A stretch of DNA of 64,000 bases, taken from contig JBDRNV010000009.1 in the NCBI GenBank assembly GCA_043810695.1, positions 3,675 to 67,674 of the forward strand, given 5' to 3'. The position numbers and the translations under genes were made by a program. Source of the stretch: Nanobdellota archaeon. Its GTDB lineage: Archaea > Nanobdellota > Nanobdellia > Pacearchaeales > GW2011-AR1. The notes below the pieces were generated by a model. The model was given only the letters and a program-made list of their open reading frames with translations, did not search any database and had not been told where the DNA came from. Each line of letters starts with the position of its first letter. The first letter of the stretch is position 1. Below are positions 62,847 through 64,000 of the stretch, in pieces.

Positions 62847-62922
62847 TTTACCCTTTCTTATTATATTAAAATTATAACAGCCTCTTTTAATCTTTTCGGC
62901 ACTGGAGCTCCAGCCAGAAGTT

Positions 62923-62954
62923 AAAAAAAGAAAAGAAAAAGAAAAAAATAAAAA
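62923..62954 (-). terminator. oligo-T tract directly after the surface-protein gene stop, followed by the palindrome CTGGAGCTCCAG (62902..62913)
   Basis: The minus-strand sequence tttttattttttctttttcttttcttttttt starts 8 nt after the stop codon. Archaeal termination typically uses T-runs. Confidence 0.5.
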
Positions 62955-62961
62955 TTTGGAC

Positions 62962-64000
62962 TTAACTTACCTGAAGTGTTGCGCTAGTTGAGGAAGTACC
63001 AATATACTTCTTGCCAGCTGTAGTATCTACAGTTTTTGTTGTTAGATATGTAGCAGCATTTACAGTATCTACTGCGTCATAACCAGCAACAAGCAATGCA
63101 ATCTTACCTGTTGAGTAAGCATCGCCAAAGCTCTGGATTAAGAATTGTCCAGAACCTACACCTGTTGCATCTTTCCATGCAGCACTACATTTAGCTCCTC
63201 CAACCAAGTTAGCAGCAACTGAGTTTATACAGCTTCCACCAACTACGATTAAGTTCTTTGAACTTACAGAGCTTACTTCTGAGTCTGTTACAAGCACATC
63301 TCCCAATACACCTGCTCCAGTAGTTGTTTCTGGTGCAGATAAATAAAGATTTGCGTATGACTGATCTCCATGGTATGTTACTACAGCACTATCATAATCT
63401 CCACCTGTTGCGTGTACAATCTTTGTTGCCAAATCATCTATGACATAATACTCATAGTCATCTGTACTTTCAATTTCAAGACCTGTTGAGTCTGTTGTTA
63501 CTGTTTGTACATGAACTTTATTGGTAGTTGTTCCAGATTCATCTAATGTCATATTAAATGTATCTCCAGCACCAATAGTATTATCCTTATTTTGTGTATC
63601 AAAGAATAGATACCAGTTATCATAGAAATAACCAGCTACTGATATTGTACCAGCTGTTAGATTGACAAAACCAGGTAATAAAGCAGCTGGTGTAAGAACA
63701 CCACTACCACTTTCATTAGTCCAAGGAAGATGTATCTTCAGTCCTTCTGCAGTGTATATTACATCTGTACTTGAACCAGAGTTTAAAGTAAAGTTAAAGA
63801 TTTCTAAAAGTCCGCTTACTCTTGTAACATTCGTGACAGTTATCTCTACATTACCAAATGAAATAACATCATTCAAAGCAGCTGTTTTTTCAGATCCTGT
63901 AATCACATTTTTGAATCTTGCTTTTGTAACACTATCTTCTGTTACAACATCTGCTCTTAAATAGTAAGATTCTGCATCTGTAGTTGTGTTCCATGATACA
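62962..64000 (-). CDS. S-layer-like surface protein (5' end outside window)
   Basis: The frame stays open upstream of the GTG at 63906 to the window edge (hand checked). Thr/Ser/Val-rich beta-type sequence with NxS/T sequons. The C-terminal block KNLIVVGGSCINSVAANLVGG...ALLVAGYDAVDTVNAATYL resembles archaeal S-layer C-terminal domains. Confidence 0.55.
   Translation of the reverse strand, partial: VSWNTTTDAESYYLRADVVTEDSVTKARFKNVITGSEKTAALNDVISFGNVEITVTNVTRVSGLLEIFNFTLNSGSSTDVIYTAEGLKIHLPWTNESGSGVLTPAALLPGFVNLTAGTISVAGYFYDNWYLFFDTQNKDNTIGAGDTFNMTLDESGTTTNKVHVQTVTTDSTGLEIESTDDYEYYVIDDLATKIVHATGGDYDSAVVTYHGDQSYANLYLSAPETTTGAGVLGDVLVTDSEVSSVSSKNLIVVGGSCINSVAANLVGGAKCSAAWKDATGVGSGQFLIQSFGDAYSTGKIALLVAGYDAVDTVNAATYLTTKTVDTTAGKKYIGTSSTSATLQVS

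Noticed and set aside
62902-62913. 12-bp palindrome CTGGAGCTCCAG as a regulatory site
   Set aside because: It is short, sits just past the oligo-T terminator tract and may simply contribute a terminator hairpin. It is noted within the terminator feature only.
63904-63906. GTG start used by the ORF track for the last gene
   Set aside because: The frame stays open upstream to the window edge and continues with similar Thr/Ser-rich sequence, so the gene is 5'-truncated by the window rather than starting here.

Overview
Visibly AT-rich, tightly packed archaeal chromosome segment. Evidence for archaeal origin: eL19, eL32, eS4, eL40, eL43, aIF5A, Spt5, SecY/SecE, AglB and FtsZ+SepF. Small genes, overlapping stops and K/E-rich proteins suggest a small-genome DPANN-type archaeon, but this is inference only. 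Layout: (i) 1-9.1 kb holds an unusual nucleotide-sugar salvage/tailoring locus: an NTP-transferase/kinase fusion, a GatZ-like protein, an SDR, a cupin, two B12-type radical SAM enzymes, a Nudix, a second NTP-transferase and a GalT/HIT-like enzyme. (ii) 9.2-23.7 kb is an N-glycosylation island with a dehydrogenase-flavoenzyme fusion, GT1/GT4, GT2 and GT9 glycosyltransferases, an FkbM methyltransferase, an epimerase, WecB, AglB and an AglH-like GlcNAc-1-P transferase. (iii) 23.8-28 kb carries a SpoIIM-like protein, an e2b2-family isomerase, prefoldin alpha, a DUF106 insertase and SecY. (iv) 28.1-40.4 kb is the ribosomal-protein superoperon on the minus strand (rpl3 through rpl15). It has two non-canonical inserts: DUF523 and an 86-aa orphan. 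I added the unlisted rpl29 by hand translation. (v) 40.4-57.3 kb is mixed housekeeping: AMP phosphorylase, three tRNAs (one with an intron), two free-standing LAGLIDADG genes next to tRNAs, L1-P0-P1, an M50 protease, eL40, aIF5A, FKBP, FtsZ, SecE, Spt5, L11, eL43, RpoP, prefoldin beta and SepF. (vi) 57.3-64 kb is a cell-surface module: a repeat-bearing convergent intergenic region, a surface protein with a C-terminal sorting-type signal, a small archaeosortase-family protein, DedA, two paralogous anchored proteins and a partial S-layer-like gene. No CRISPR array, rRNA, integrase or transposase was seen. The best candidate for an undescribed system is the radical-SAM-containing sugar locus at 1-9.1 kb feeding the AglB island. 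Secondary candidates are the archaeosortase/substrate pair and the tRNA-fragment/LAGLIDADG regions. All calls come from reading translations and motifs by eye; no searches were run.
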